DNA of 62,951 bases, filler included, from Octopus bimaculoides (lineage: Eukaryota), in the NCBI RefSeq assembly GCF_001194135.2. It is 6 parts of 6 records of this genome, joined end to end, with 100 filler letters (N's around TTAATTAATTAA, not from the genome) between each part and the next. Parts side by side here need not be neighbours in the genome. Positions count along the whole stretch, not along the records: positions 32,476 to 59,726 come from NC_068982.1; positions 59,827 to 61,713 come from NW_026389071.1; positions 61,814 to 62,951 come from NW_026422845.1; 3 more parts are not named here. One strand, written 5' to 3'. The position numbers and the translations under genes are program-made. Positions 51,286 to 62,399 of this stretch are shown one piece after another. Positions within the stretch are counted from its first letter, which is position 1; each line of letters begins with the position of its first letter. The notes below the pieces were generated by a model. That model was not told the DNA's origin. It ran no database searches and saw nothing but the letters and a program-made list of their open reading frames with translations.

Positions 51286-51448
51286 GCATACATACATACA
51301 AACATACATACACACATAAATCGGAATTAGGCTTCTCAAAACCGAAAAGGAGAAAGCTAATTCGAAGACTACAGATCTAATCCATCACTGGAACTGTACA
51401 AATCTGTAAAACATTCCAGAAGTTTATCATTTAAATATATATGAGCAT

Positions 51449-51592
51449 ACGTTATTTATATTATTTACATTTGATGATATTTGTCGTCGCCTGATATACC
51501 CTCCAGCCGTCATCAGGTATCTCGGGTAAATTTCGAAACTGGGTTCTCATTCCTAAGGTATTTTTCTATGTTATTATCATTATTATTATGAT

Positions 51593-51627
<35 letters not shown>

Positions 51628-51833
51628 TTATTATTATTATTATTATTCACGTCACTGCTTGGAATCTTCGGGTTAGTACCCGCGCTCTTAATCACTACAC
51701 CATATGCACAAGACACCTGATGAAGGCCAGCCAAAACGTTGTGTTAACAACATACAAGATGAGGTCAAATATCCGTCAAATGTAAATAATGTAAATAATG
51801 TGCATAATTCCTCATCTCTTAAATATAGAACTG
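51449..51833 (-). mobile_element. Composite tRNA-head / microsatellite / hammerhead-tail element with an inverted second tail and an 11-bp TSD
   Basis: TSD TATATGAGCAT at 51438-51448 and 51834-51844. tRNA-like head on minus (51708-51645), hammerhead core on minus (51516-51510) and on plus (51713-51744). Tails 51449-51482 and 51765-51803 are inverted copies. Confidence 0.75.
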
Positions 51834-53539
51834 TATATGAGCATGTCTAGATATGGAAACTAATATTGGAGAAGAAATACATAAAGCAACATATACAAGT
51901 ATGCACATATCTTTTATCTTTTCTTTTATCTTTATGGGTTTTAGTGAAGGGTTGCGGCCATGCTGTTGGACCAATTTTATTGCGTTTGAGGAGTTTTTCA
52001 GTTTTCAAATTTCCCGCCACTTTGGACTCACTAAAATCCACAATTTCGTGTCTTCTTTCAACTATCAATTTCTCGTGTCCCCACACATCCCCAAACCAAA
52101 TCATCACCCCATACTTTCGACAACCCCTGCTATTGTCACATAGCATCCGACCCACAGTTCTCCGAAGCTAAATGCTCACTCTTCAGTAAGGGCTCATTTG
52201 AAATCACTCACAATTTCGAGTCCGCTTCGACGTCCAGTTATTGCTGCTTCACGCAAAATTATGCGATTCTTGACGGCTGATTACAAATACCCAAAACATC
52301 GTAAACTGCTTTTCCGACCTGGATCACCGTTGATTCCAATGGATGATGTCCCCAGGCAAATGTAACAGTTAGGAATTGCTGTTCACTGCGTGCACCACCG
52401 CAGTGTGCGGGTTTAATTTCTGCAAATTTTATCAATGCCTCGTCGTCACACTGCCCTTGTTACAGCTTTCTGCGCATCCCCATACCAGGAAAAACATTGT
52501 CGTAAAACCAGTTGACAAACGCAAATCTGTGGTGGAATGACATTCCAGCCTCTACAAAACGAAGGACCTTCCAACTTCGCAACACCACCTTCTCGATCAC
52601 CCAACCTGCAACCAAACCCATCGACCAAAATACATCTCACTTCCCTTCGACAACCTCTCAAGCACATACATACAGCAACCCACCCACAAAATGCACACAG
52701 ACACACAGACACACTCAGACACACACAAACACACACACATAGACACACACATTCATGCTATTTTTTCATACTTTTTCACACAACTAATACACATGCCCAC
52801 GTGATCATGCCCACGCGTACGAACACTGCCATCTGTTGACTACTCACAACATAGTAATATTCTTATTAAAGACAATAACACAACTACACACGCACTCACA
52901 CTCACACACACACACACACACACACACATAAAACTATGGCAGAAACATTGTTGCATTCACATTCCTGTACATACACACAATGACCTGTACGTATAAAACG
53001 TATTCGTAAACACGCAAAATCATGGACATATATATATAGAATTACTGCCTCACGTACGCTGACAGACACGCCACTCGTAAACTGATTGATCATCCGTATT
53101 TCAAAAGTTATCGGCTGGCAAATACACAGTAGACATAAGAGGCACATTCACATCTCGGAGTTGGCGTTCATGCATACATACACAGAGAAGGGGAGAGAGA
53201 GAGAGGAAGAAGGAATGTGTGTGTTTGTAAGATGGAGAGTAAGAGAGACAGTGAGAGAAAGGGGGAGAATATGTGTGTGTGTGTGTGTGTATAAGATAGA
53301 GAGTAAGAGAGAGAGAGAGATATAACGTGTGTGTATGATGGAGAGTAAGTGGGTGGGAGAGGTAGAAGAGAGATGTGGGAGAGAAGGAGAGTAGATGTGC
53401 GTGTGTGTATGTGTGTATGTGTATGTGTGTAAGCGGTAAAGTAAGAGAGAGAGAGAGCGAGAGAAAGAGAGAGAGTAACACCCAGTTGTCATCGTATAAT
53501 AAGTACACGAACACACAGACATACAATGTGAGAAGGAGG

Positions 53540-53740
53540 CAGAGAGCGGCGAGGAGCTGGCTGAATCGTTAGCACGCCTGGCAAAATGCTTAACGGCATT
53601 TCGTCAACTTTACGTTCTGAGTTCAAATTCCGGACATGTCGACTCTGCTTTTTATCCTTTCAGGGTCGATAAAATAAGTCCCAGTTGAGTACTGGCGTCG
53701 ATGTAATCGACTAGACCTCTCTCCTGAAATTACTGCCCTT
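53540..53740 (+). mobile_element. SINE family C
   Basis: ggcagagagcggcgaggagctggctgaatcgttagcacgcc...gttctgagttcaaattcc. Confidence 0.85.
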
Positions 53741-54094
53741 GAAATCAATATAACAAATAGGCATAACTCCGCATCCACAAACACACAGAGACACACTCAC
53801 GTGTACACGAAAGCATACAATCATAGATATGAACATATAAGAATCATAAATAAACAAACACGGCTGTGTAGTCACACGCACATACAAAACGGAATCTTTC
53901 ACTGAGGAAGACGTTTGCTCATAGTCAACTTCCTCAGGCATAACATAACATGCAACTAAACAACTATAACAATTAGAAAAATAAAACAACAAAAATATTA
54001 AAAAAACGCACAACACAACGAAGTTTATGAAGAGTTGTCATCTACCAGAATTATCAAAGAATATCCTACTAATCACATACAACTGTATTTTCTT

Positions 54095-54305
54095 TTCTCC
54101 TCTAAGCACAAGGCACGAAATTTTGAGGAAAGGGTCCAGTCGATTAGATCGATCTCAGTACGTAACTAGTACTTAATTTATCGACCCCAAAAGGATGAAA
54201 TGTAAAGTCAATTTCGGCGGAATTTGTACTCAAAACCTAAAGACAGACGAAATACCGCTAAGCATTTCGCCCGGCGTGCTAACGTTTCAGCCAGCTCATC
54301 GCCTC
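54095..54305 (-). mobile_element. SINE family C
   Basis: Reverse complement of the family C consensus seen at 17405-17623. Confidence 0.85.
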
Positions 54306-54399
54306 ACGTACAACTGTCTTGAGGAAGAAATGTCGTACACTGTGGATGATGTTGTCTCTGATATTAGAATTGTTTTTAAGTGAAGCACAAAGCTGGCAT

Positions 54400-54565
54400 C
54401 TTCAACGGGAAGGTGTCAGTCGATAGCATTGATCTCACTTCTTGACTACTTTTGTATATTACTGAACACTGCGGAATGAAAGGCAAAGTTGAACAGGGCG
54501 GATTTTATACTTAGAATGTAAAGATTAGGAAGAAATACCGTGAAGCAATTTGTCCGATACTCCGA
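54400..54565 (-). mobile_element. Old SINE family C copy
   Basis: atgaaaggcaaagttgaacagggcggatttt...aaataccgtgaagcaattt. Confidence 0.6.
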
Positions 54566-54980
54566 CGATTCTGCCAAAACAATGCACATCTTGTTAGTAA
54601 AATTCAAAAACAAAATCAAGAAAAAATAAAAAAAATAAACGGTCTATCACAATGCAACATCCTTGACACGTGGTGTCTCGGTCATTAATGACTTCTGGCC
54701 AATCAGCAACAAGAGCAACAAAATCAGCAGCAGCAGCAACGGCAAGAACTACCAAGACAAATGCAAAATCAATAATAACAGAAAGATCTCGTTCACTTCA
54801 CCTACGAGTTTTAACAAAAGTCGAAATGCCTACGGGGTTGTGTAGGCCTGTTTGCTCGACAATATTACAGGCTGTTAAATTTCTAAAAACTAGTAAAACA
54901 CAGGGACAAAAGACAAGACAAATCCACCATGAAAGCTATAACAAAAACAGCTAGTAAATAATGTGATATCCACTAATTGT

Positions 54981-55290
54981 CGTGGTACTCCGGCAGTTAC
55001 AACGACGAGGGTTCCAGTTGATTCGATCAACGGAACAGCCTGCTCGTGAAATTAACGTGCAAGTGGGTGAGCACTCCACACACACGTGTACCCTTAACAT
55101 AGTTCTCGGGGATATTCAGCGTGGCACAGTGTGACAAGTCTGGCCCTTTGAAATACAGGTACAAGAGGAACAGGAATAAAGAGTGAGAGAAAGTTGTGGT
55201 GAAAGAGTACAGCAGGGTTCGCCACCAGCCCCTGCCGGGCACTCGTGGAGCTTTAGGTGTTTTCGCTCAATAAACACTCACAACGCCTTC
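54981..55290 (-). mobile_element. SINE sharing the family A 3' half but with a different 5' part; 13-bp TSD
   Basis: ATCCACTAATTGT at 54968-54980 and 55291-55303. 54987-55162 matches family A; 55163-55290 does not. Confidence 0.85.
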
Positions 55291-55327
55291 ATCCACTAAT
55301 TGTAATATTATATAAAAAGGTGAAGAT

Positions 55328-55705
55328 ATGGCTATATGGTAAGAACGTTGCTTCCCAACCACATGGTTCTAGGTTCAGCACCACTGCGTGGCACCTTGGG
55401 TAAGTGTCATGTACTATAGCCTCGAGCCGACTAAAGCCTTTTTAATGGAAGATAGATGGACGGAAACTAAAAGAAGCCCGTCGTGTATATATGTACGTAT
55501 CCATTTATGTATGTATGTATGTATGTCTTTTTGTTTCTGTTTGTCGCCCCACGAACGTTTGACCGGTATTGGCGTGTTGACGTCCCCGCAACTGGCAAAA
55601 GAGACCAATTGTGTAAATGCCAGTTGATTTCCCCGATTAAAACTCTTCAAAGCGGTGATCCAGCATGGCGCAGTCATATGACTGAAGCAAATAAAAGAAT
55701 AACAG
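55328..55705 (+). mobile_element. Full-length SINE family B
   Basis: Head, internal (TATG)n and tail gcggtgatccagcatggcgcagtc...aaaag. Confidence 0.85.
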
Positions 55706-55777
55706 AAAGATGCCATGACTCAATCAAGAGTTTCTAAGTGACTGAGGTGGATGGCGTTCAATGTTACAGTCAGGGTG

Positions 55778-56213
55778 TGAAGGCGGCGAGCTGGCAGGAA
55801 CGTTAGCACACTGAGCGAAATGCTTAGCAGTATTTCGTCTGCCGCTACGTTCTGAGTTCAAATTCCGCCGAGGTCGACTTTGCCTTTCGTCCTTTCAAGG
55901 TCGATTAAATAAGTAGCAGTTAGGCACTGGGGTCCATATAATCGACTTAATCCGTTTGACCGTCCTTGTTTGTCCCCTCTATGTTTAGCCTTTTGTGGGC
56001 AGTAAAGAAATAAGAAACGTTAGCACGCCGGGAGAAATGCTTAGCGGCATTTAGTTAGTCTTTACGTTCTGAGTTCAAATTCCACCGCAGTCGACTTTGC
56101 CTTTCATCCTCTGGAAGTCGATAAATGAAGTAGTATTTGCGTACTGGAGTCGACTTAATCGACTGGCCTCTCTCCAAAAATGTCGGGCGTTGTGCCTAAA
56201 GTAGAAAAGAATA
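55778..56213 (+). mobile_element. Head-to-tail dimer of SINE family C
   Basis: First unit starts gaaggcggcgagctggc; the second restarts at aaacgttagcacgccggg (about 56015) and ends agtagaaaagaat. Confidence 0.85.
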
Positions 56214-56808
56214 TTTCCGACTGGGTATTGTCACTTACGAGAGAAAGAAGTCTCTGCATCATTCATTTAAACTTAAAGAATTGTGTAGAACTTAACTAGT
56301 AACAACGCTGTGAAACGTGCAGAACATATCTTAGACGTGACACACGTAAAGTGTACTGAAATCCTATTCAAATATACCACACTGGTCAAAGGTTTCTTAT
56401 AAATCACAGGAAAATAAACACATTACCACCAAAAGAAAACCTTTAAGGCAACCAAAAGGAAACTTAGTAGAGAAATGTCTCTAGACATATATTAACAGGA
56501 CTTTGATACTTTCACTGTAAACATCTTGAGATCACTACTATTGTTTTGACGGTAAAACGAGTCCTTATACTCAAAGGAAGAACTGTATAATTCATCAATG
56601 ACATAAATATAGATATAATGGAAATATCTTTATAAGAAAACTGAACATATTATTTGCTCAATATCCATAGAGAACAAGGTTTGAATATTTGTACGCAAAC
56701 AGTATGTATCATCGATTATTTAAACAGGAATATATCGATGGATAATATATACCATATTACCAAGAGAAATGTATATAGAAAGACGGCGAAAGAGAAGGAG
56801 ATAGATAG

Positions 56809-56839
<31 letters not shown>

Positions 56840-57769
56840 GATAAAGAGAGAGAGAGACAATCAGAAGGCGAAGGAGACAAAGAAGAAGTATAAGAGAGCC
56901 TGAGATAAAGATGAAGAAATCTCGAATGAAAACAAACGCGAAATGAGAAACAACTTTTAAAAGCGAAGGGTGTGATTTCTTCATATGCAATGAGGCAAAC
57001 ACGGACAAAACTAATAGTTGGTAATTTCCTTTAGATACTTTCCTGTTTCACATGTGTAGAATTTCTAAAGAATTTACTTACTTTAACAAGCATAAGATTC
57101 CTTCTTCTCTATACCGTGTGAATTATTGTTTTTGAGTTGCTGTTTCTAAAATGTCTTAAAAAAGCTTTATTTTTGTTAAGTACTCGATATTAAATAAAAA
57201 CAAACGCATCAAATATCTGGGAAGGTATTTTTTTTTTAAGACTTCAAACCATTTCTCTTTTACACTTGAAATAATGTTCTTATCCAGCCAAAAATAAATG
57301 AAAACATAATATTCCTGTTTTTGTTATTACACATTTTTATGTTGAAGTGTCACAACATTGATTTATTTTAACAATTAATGATTATTACTTCATTTGAGGT
57401 TAAAGATTAACACCGTTAATATGGAGTATTTCATATTCAAAGTTAAACTGCATGTGCATTGGAAGCAGCTACCAATTCATATTGTGTAGAAATTCCCAAC
57501 TTAATAAATAATAGATGACGATTTTCCAATCAATCATCTATACATAATAACATGACAGGAATAACATCGATAAAAAAATGTTATTGCTTTTATCCTCATT
57601 CATTTTATTATTCATAATTTGAAAAAAGACGTTGAAAGTTTCTTTTCTTCAAAAACAATTGGGTCATTTTGAAAAGCATGCATTCAAATGTATAAAGTTG
57701 GAAAATGTGTGAGACAAAAACGACATTACTGTCTCGAGTCCTAGGATTGACACGGCAAGCAATCTGGTT

Positions 57770-57985
57770 TGCATGGCGTATTAGTTAAACAAAAATCACA
57801 ACATACCTCCACCACCAGTTGAATGAGATGCCAGTCCGTCACAGAATTACTCATTTACAGGTGGGCCGGACGGAGCAACATGGTTTCCCCTAGAACATAT
57901 GCATTGCTGCATCCAGGAATCGAAAATTCGATCACGCGATCGTGAGTTGAACACCCTTAATAATCCGGCCATCCGCGTTCGCCGT
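57770..57985 (-). mobile_element. Degenerate tRNA-derived SINE remnant
   Basis: caggaatcgaa...cgatcgtgagttgaacaccctta is the reverse complement of a tRNA-like head. Confidence 0.45.
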
Positions 57986-59666
57986 GTGAGAATATCACCA
58001 AAATTAATCACAGATCATTGTAATGCTACTTTTTGCAAGCTTTCTATGTCTGCCAATATAAGAAATCTACATACAAGTTTTGCGTAGAACTACTTGCGGC
58101 TTCCTGCCATAGACACGTCTTCAACAACCAAGTCAGTAGCTGGGAAACCGCAGGTCAGCCCAGCAAGCCAACTTGCTTAGAGAGGAAGACGTAGCTGTAC
58201 CCGAGTGGAAGTTTTATTGCAATGTGGCTCTCCGTCAACTGGGTTCACTTCGACTGGTAACGTCGCTTCTTTACACCGATTGTCTTCAATGCCAACTTAA
58301 CACTGATAGTTTTCTCACCAACTTCAAACTAATTATCTTTTTTATTGTTTGTTTACGTTGCCATCTTCATACGCCGCGTTCTTTATGTTTGCCACTCACA
58401 TATGCTTTCTTTTACCAATTGAACCTGTCCACCTCATAGCAAAGACGCAACGTGCAGCATGTTTCAAATTAGTCGCGTGATCGATAAGGTTATTTCTCTT
58501 TCGTAACAATAGATACATGAATTTCGATGGGTATTAATTTATTTCGGTTTGAGTTGTCATTAAGTTGTATATTCTTTATTGCCCAATAATATCTCTACAT
58601 AACAGTGAATTGTGTGCAATGCAGTGAGTTTCTAGTTAAAAACTTCTTTGAAATAACGTAATTCTTCTGCATAACCATGTTCCTGAATCGCTCAGTTTGA
58701 AAGTATTAGCTATGAATGAGGACGGCAGAAACCTCAGCAGTTTAGTTATTTTAAGGGAAAGGAGATTATTTATTCATACAAAGTAAATTCCAGGTTTCGA
58801 AACCTCTCACCATTACAAGGATGGAAAGTTCGCAATGGGGCACCCTTTTGTCTACGCCATTAGATCTAGATCTACATACATTTAATGTCACACAGAACAG
58901 ATTTGATACAAACTAACATTTACACGTGGGCGATACTTGTCTACATGCGGCAGATGATAAAGACATGGAGATATAAGTACGTACATTGAAAGATTTCAGT
59001 ATAGAAATTTGCATATTTGTTTAGAAACGCATAATCCTCATGATAATTTTGAAGAGAGGATTATGAAAAAGAACTAATATCATTTTAAAGAGATACATAA
59101 GTGAAAATAAACTTAAAGAGAAATGCAGATATACAAATACTTAGTAATTAATGAACAAGACAGAACACACCAGACACAAAGAAATAAAAATGTTAGGAAG
59201 CAATATTATAGATACATTAGTGTAGTACTTAAAACAGCGCTAAACTGTAAAACATTAGGTAATGTGTAACAAAACTCTAGCTGTTTCAGTAATAAGTTAA
59301 AGTTATAATATTCCCAGCTGGAAACTAGATGCATTAGTAAGGCTAGACATGACCACAGGGGTAAATAATAACGGCATTTAGATTAAATCATGCAGACGTA
59401 GATAAAGATACATTACATTTATCCAAATACGGTTGAACCAGATGCATTCCACAATTAGAAAAAAGAAAAAAAAAACAAAACTTTTTAGCGAATATCTGAA
59501 TATAAATATAACACTATATATCAGACTACAACTATAAATATTTACATTTTCTTTTTTATATATGTGTGTATCTATGTCTGTATGAATGCGTGTTGTGCGC
59601 GTGTGCGCACGCGCAGGGTGTATGTGTGTGTGTGTGTATCACACACACACACACGCACACACACAC

Positions 59667-59726
<60 letters not shown>

Positions 59727-60220
59727 NNNNNNNNNNNNNNNNNNNNNNNNNNNNNNNNNNNNNNNNNNNNTTAATTAATTAANNNNNNNNNNNNNNNNNN
59801 NNNNNNNNNNNNNNNNNNNNNNNNNNTAGTTGAATGACTAAGAACAGGTTCCATTCCTAATTTCCAATTGAAAGATTAGCTGTATAATAATTCTATTAAA
59901 CATACTGATATTACTGAAGTTTCACAAAATATCCAACATGGTTAGCATGGTTTGTAAAATGGATAATTCAGAAGACAAATAGAGTTAATATTGTAGATTG
60001 GAACAGAGAACTAAAATATGCTGTTGTTGTTTAGTGGTAAACAGTTGAGTTAATGACAACGTTTTTGTTTGTTTTTATATTTTTTATTAAGTTTACTAAT
60101 TGGTTGTTATTGTTGTTGTTTAGTCAAATGTGTCTCCTAATCTGACAGAATTACAAGGAAATGCATTCCAAGTGTGAACACCCTGTCCCCTTTTCACCGA
60201 TAGTAAATCTATCATTATAG

Positions 60221-60294
60221 CCACTAAACATTGTCCTTATCCAAGTAGACGACTTTGGTTTGCTGCTGAGACATGCCATCGATGTGGAACAGAT
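60221..60294 (+). other. Candidate 74-nt exon
   Basis: cattatAG|CCACT...CAGAT|GTAAGA. Two open frames: PLNIVLIQVDDFGLLLRHAIDVEQ and TKHCPYPSRRLWFAAETCHRCGTD. Confidence 0.3.
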
Positions 60295-60736
60295 GTAAGA
60301 AAGAAAGGACAAAACGAGGAGAAAATCAGTGTAATCAAGTGATGATTAAATGAGATATTCAGAGAAATGTTAGATTATGTAAGCTGATTTGATAGAGAGA
60401 GNNNNNNNNNNGATATTCAGAGAAATGTTAGATTATGTAAGCTGATTTGATAGAGAGAGACAGTGGTGGTGGGGATTTAGGAAGGGTAGTCTATTTTGTG
60501 GTGGCCCTGAATTTTGAGCTTTAACTGTAGAAAGTATAAAATTATTAGCCAAAACCATAGTGGTCACCAGTTGACCATTGATAATAGGAATGNNNNNNNN
60601 NNATTAGCCAAAACCATAGTGGTCACCAGTTGACCATTGATAATAGGAATGTCTCACAATAATAAAATATAGACTATTAAGAAAGATAAAAAAAGATTTA
60701 ACTCTATATTGTAAAACTTTTAAATATTTATTTCAG

Positions 60737-60808
60737 AGAGATTAAATTTGGAGGAAAACCGCTCCCATAGCACATCAAAGAAGTTGGCAGTTGAGCAACA
60801 GCAAGTTG
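60737..60808 (+). CDS. Candidate 72-nt symmetric (phase 1-1) exon of an unknown gene
   Basis: tatttatttcAG|AGAG...GTTG|GTGAGT. Open as RLNLEENRSHSTSKKLAVEQQQV; both splice sites are near consensus. Confidence 0.45.
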
Positions 60809-61551
60809 GTGAGTNNNNNNNNNNNNNNNNNNNNNNNNNNNNNNNNNNNNNNNNNNNNNNNNNNNNNNNNNNNNNNNNNNNNNNNNNNNNNNNNNNNNNN
60901 NNNNNNNNNNNNNNNNNNNNNNNNNNNNNNNNNNNNNNNNNNNNNNNNNNNNNNNNNNNNNNNNNNNNNNNNNNNNNNNNNNNNNNNNNNNNNNNNNNNN
61001 NNNNNNNNNNNNNNNNNNNNNNNNNNNNNNNNNNNNNNNNNNNNNNNNNNNNNNNNNNNNNNNNNNNNNNNNNNNNNNNNNNNNNNNNNNNNNNNNNNNN
61101 NNNNNNNNNNNNNNNNNNNNNNNNNNNNNNNNNNNNNNNNNNNNNNNNNNNNNNNNNNNNNNNNNNNNNNNNNNNNNNNNNNNNNNNNNNNNNNNNNNNN
61201 NNNNNNNNNNNNNNNNNNNNNNNNNNNNNNNNNNNNNNNNNNNNNNNNNNNNNNNNNNNNNNNNNNNNNNNNNNNNNNNNNNNNNNNNNNNNNNNNNNNN
61301 NNNNNNNNNNNNNNNNNNNNNNNNNNNNNNNNNNNNNNNNNNNNNNNNNNNNNNNNNNNNNNNNNNNNNNNNNNNNNNNNNNNNNNNNNNNNNNNNNNNN
61401 NNNNNNNNNNNNNNNNNNNNNNNNNNNNNNNNNNNNNNNNNNNNNNNNNNNNNNNNNNNNNNNNNNNNNNNNNNNNNNNNNNNNNNNNNNNNNNNNNNNN
61501 NNNNNNNNNNNNNNNNNNNNNNNNNNNNNNNNNNNNNNNNNNNNNNNNNNN

Positions 61552-61712
61552 TTCCTCTCTAACTTATGCAAAGAAATATCAGACATGTTGAAAGAAGAAA
61601 GGAGAGTAAATGAATTGGAGAGAAGCTCCTTAAGAGACCTTACGAGGTTACTAGGAAGCTGTTTGCAGATGCTAAGAGCGGCAGGATGAACTGTAATAAA
61701 TGAAATCCAGCT
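61552..61712 (+). mobile_element. Possible R2/Hero-like non-LTR fragment
   Basis: RHVERRKESK*..LLKRPYEVTRKLFADAKSGRMNCNK resembles the pre-RT region of Hero elements (NPY.F.K.LF...KSG.L.C.K). Confidence 0.4.
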
Positions 61713-61813
61713 TNNNNNNNNNNNNNNNNNNNNNNNNNNNNNNNNNNNNNNNNNNNNTTAATTAATTAANNNNNNNNNNNNNNNNNNNNNNNNNNNNNNN
61801 NNNNNNNNNNNNN

Positions 61814-62365
61814 TCTACAACTTTGATCTTAAGGCCAGTTGCGTGCAGGATTTTCTTGAATGCTTTACTTAATATGTTCTTCGGTGTAGCATCAAAAAAC
61901 ATCACACTGTGAAACTTCTTGTTATCATACCAAGTGTCGGTCTTATTTCTTTTGTTGGCGTCCCTCTCTAACCTATTCCAGAACTTGTTGCGGTATAGGG
62001 GGCATGTACCGTTTTCATCATCTCTTAGGATGCGTTCGAATTTTGTTTTTGCTCCATTGTACACCCTGATTCTATCATGTTGTGTGTACCCTGAACGTTG
62101 CATTCGGAATATATAGTGCTGGATGTGTTGTTGTCGTTCCTGTGGTTGGCATAGTGGGGATACATTCCTCATTACTCTAACTAAGTTTGTTACGAGGATA
62201 TTGATCTTGGCAGTACTTGACATAGCAGAGTCACTACTGGTTTCCAGTGGATTAGCCATAGGTTTAGAGTAGTGTGAGTGGAGTAGACAGGGTTTAACAT
62301 ATCCATCCATCATAGTATTTTCTATCCATAGCTCAGTATCTAGGACGGGTAACCTATTACTGGGG
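61814..62365 (-). mobile_element. Penelope-like RT thumb fragment of a third lineage
   Basis: RLPVLDTELW...HYSKPMAN...SAMS..AKINIL...RVMRNVS...RMQRSGY...CPLYRNKFW...FFDATP...GLKIKVV. Confidence 0.8.
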
Positions 62366-62399
62366 ACACCCATACATACATACACATGTACATATATAT

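Noticed and set aside
60339-60387. C/D snoRNA-like GTGATGA...CTGA with ATCAA/TTGAT flanks
   Set aside because: Only about 49 nt box to box, no recognisable rRNA guide, and next to an assembly duplication.
889-61689. Long ORFs in the track made of X runs or HT/YI/CV/II repeats
   Set aside because: Translations of N-gaps and microsatellites.
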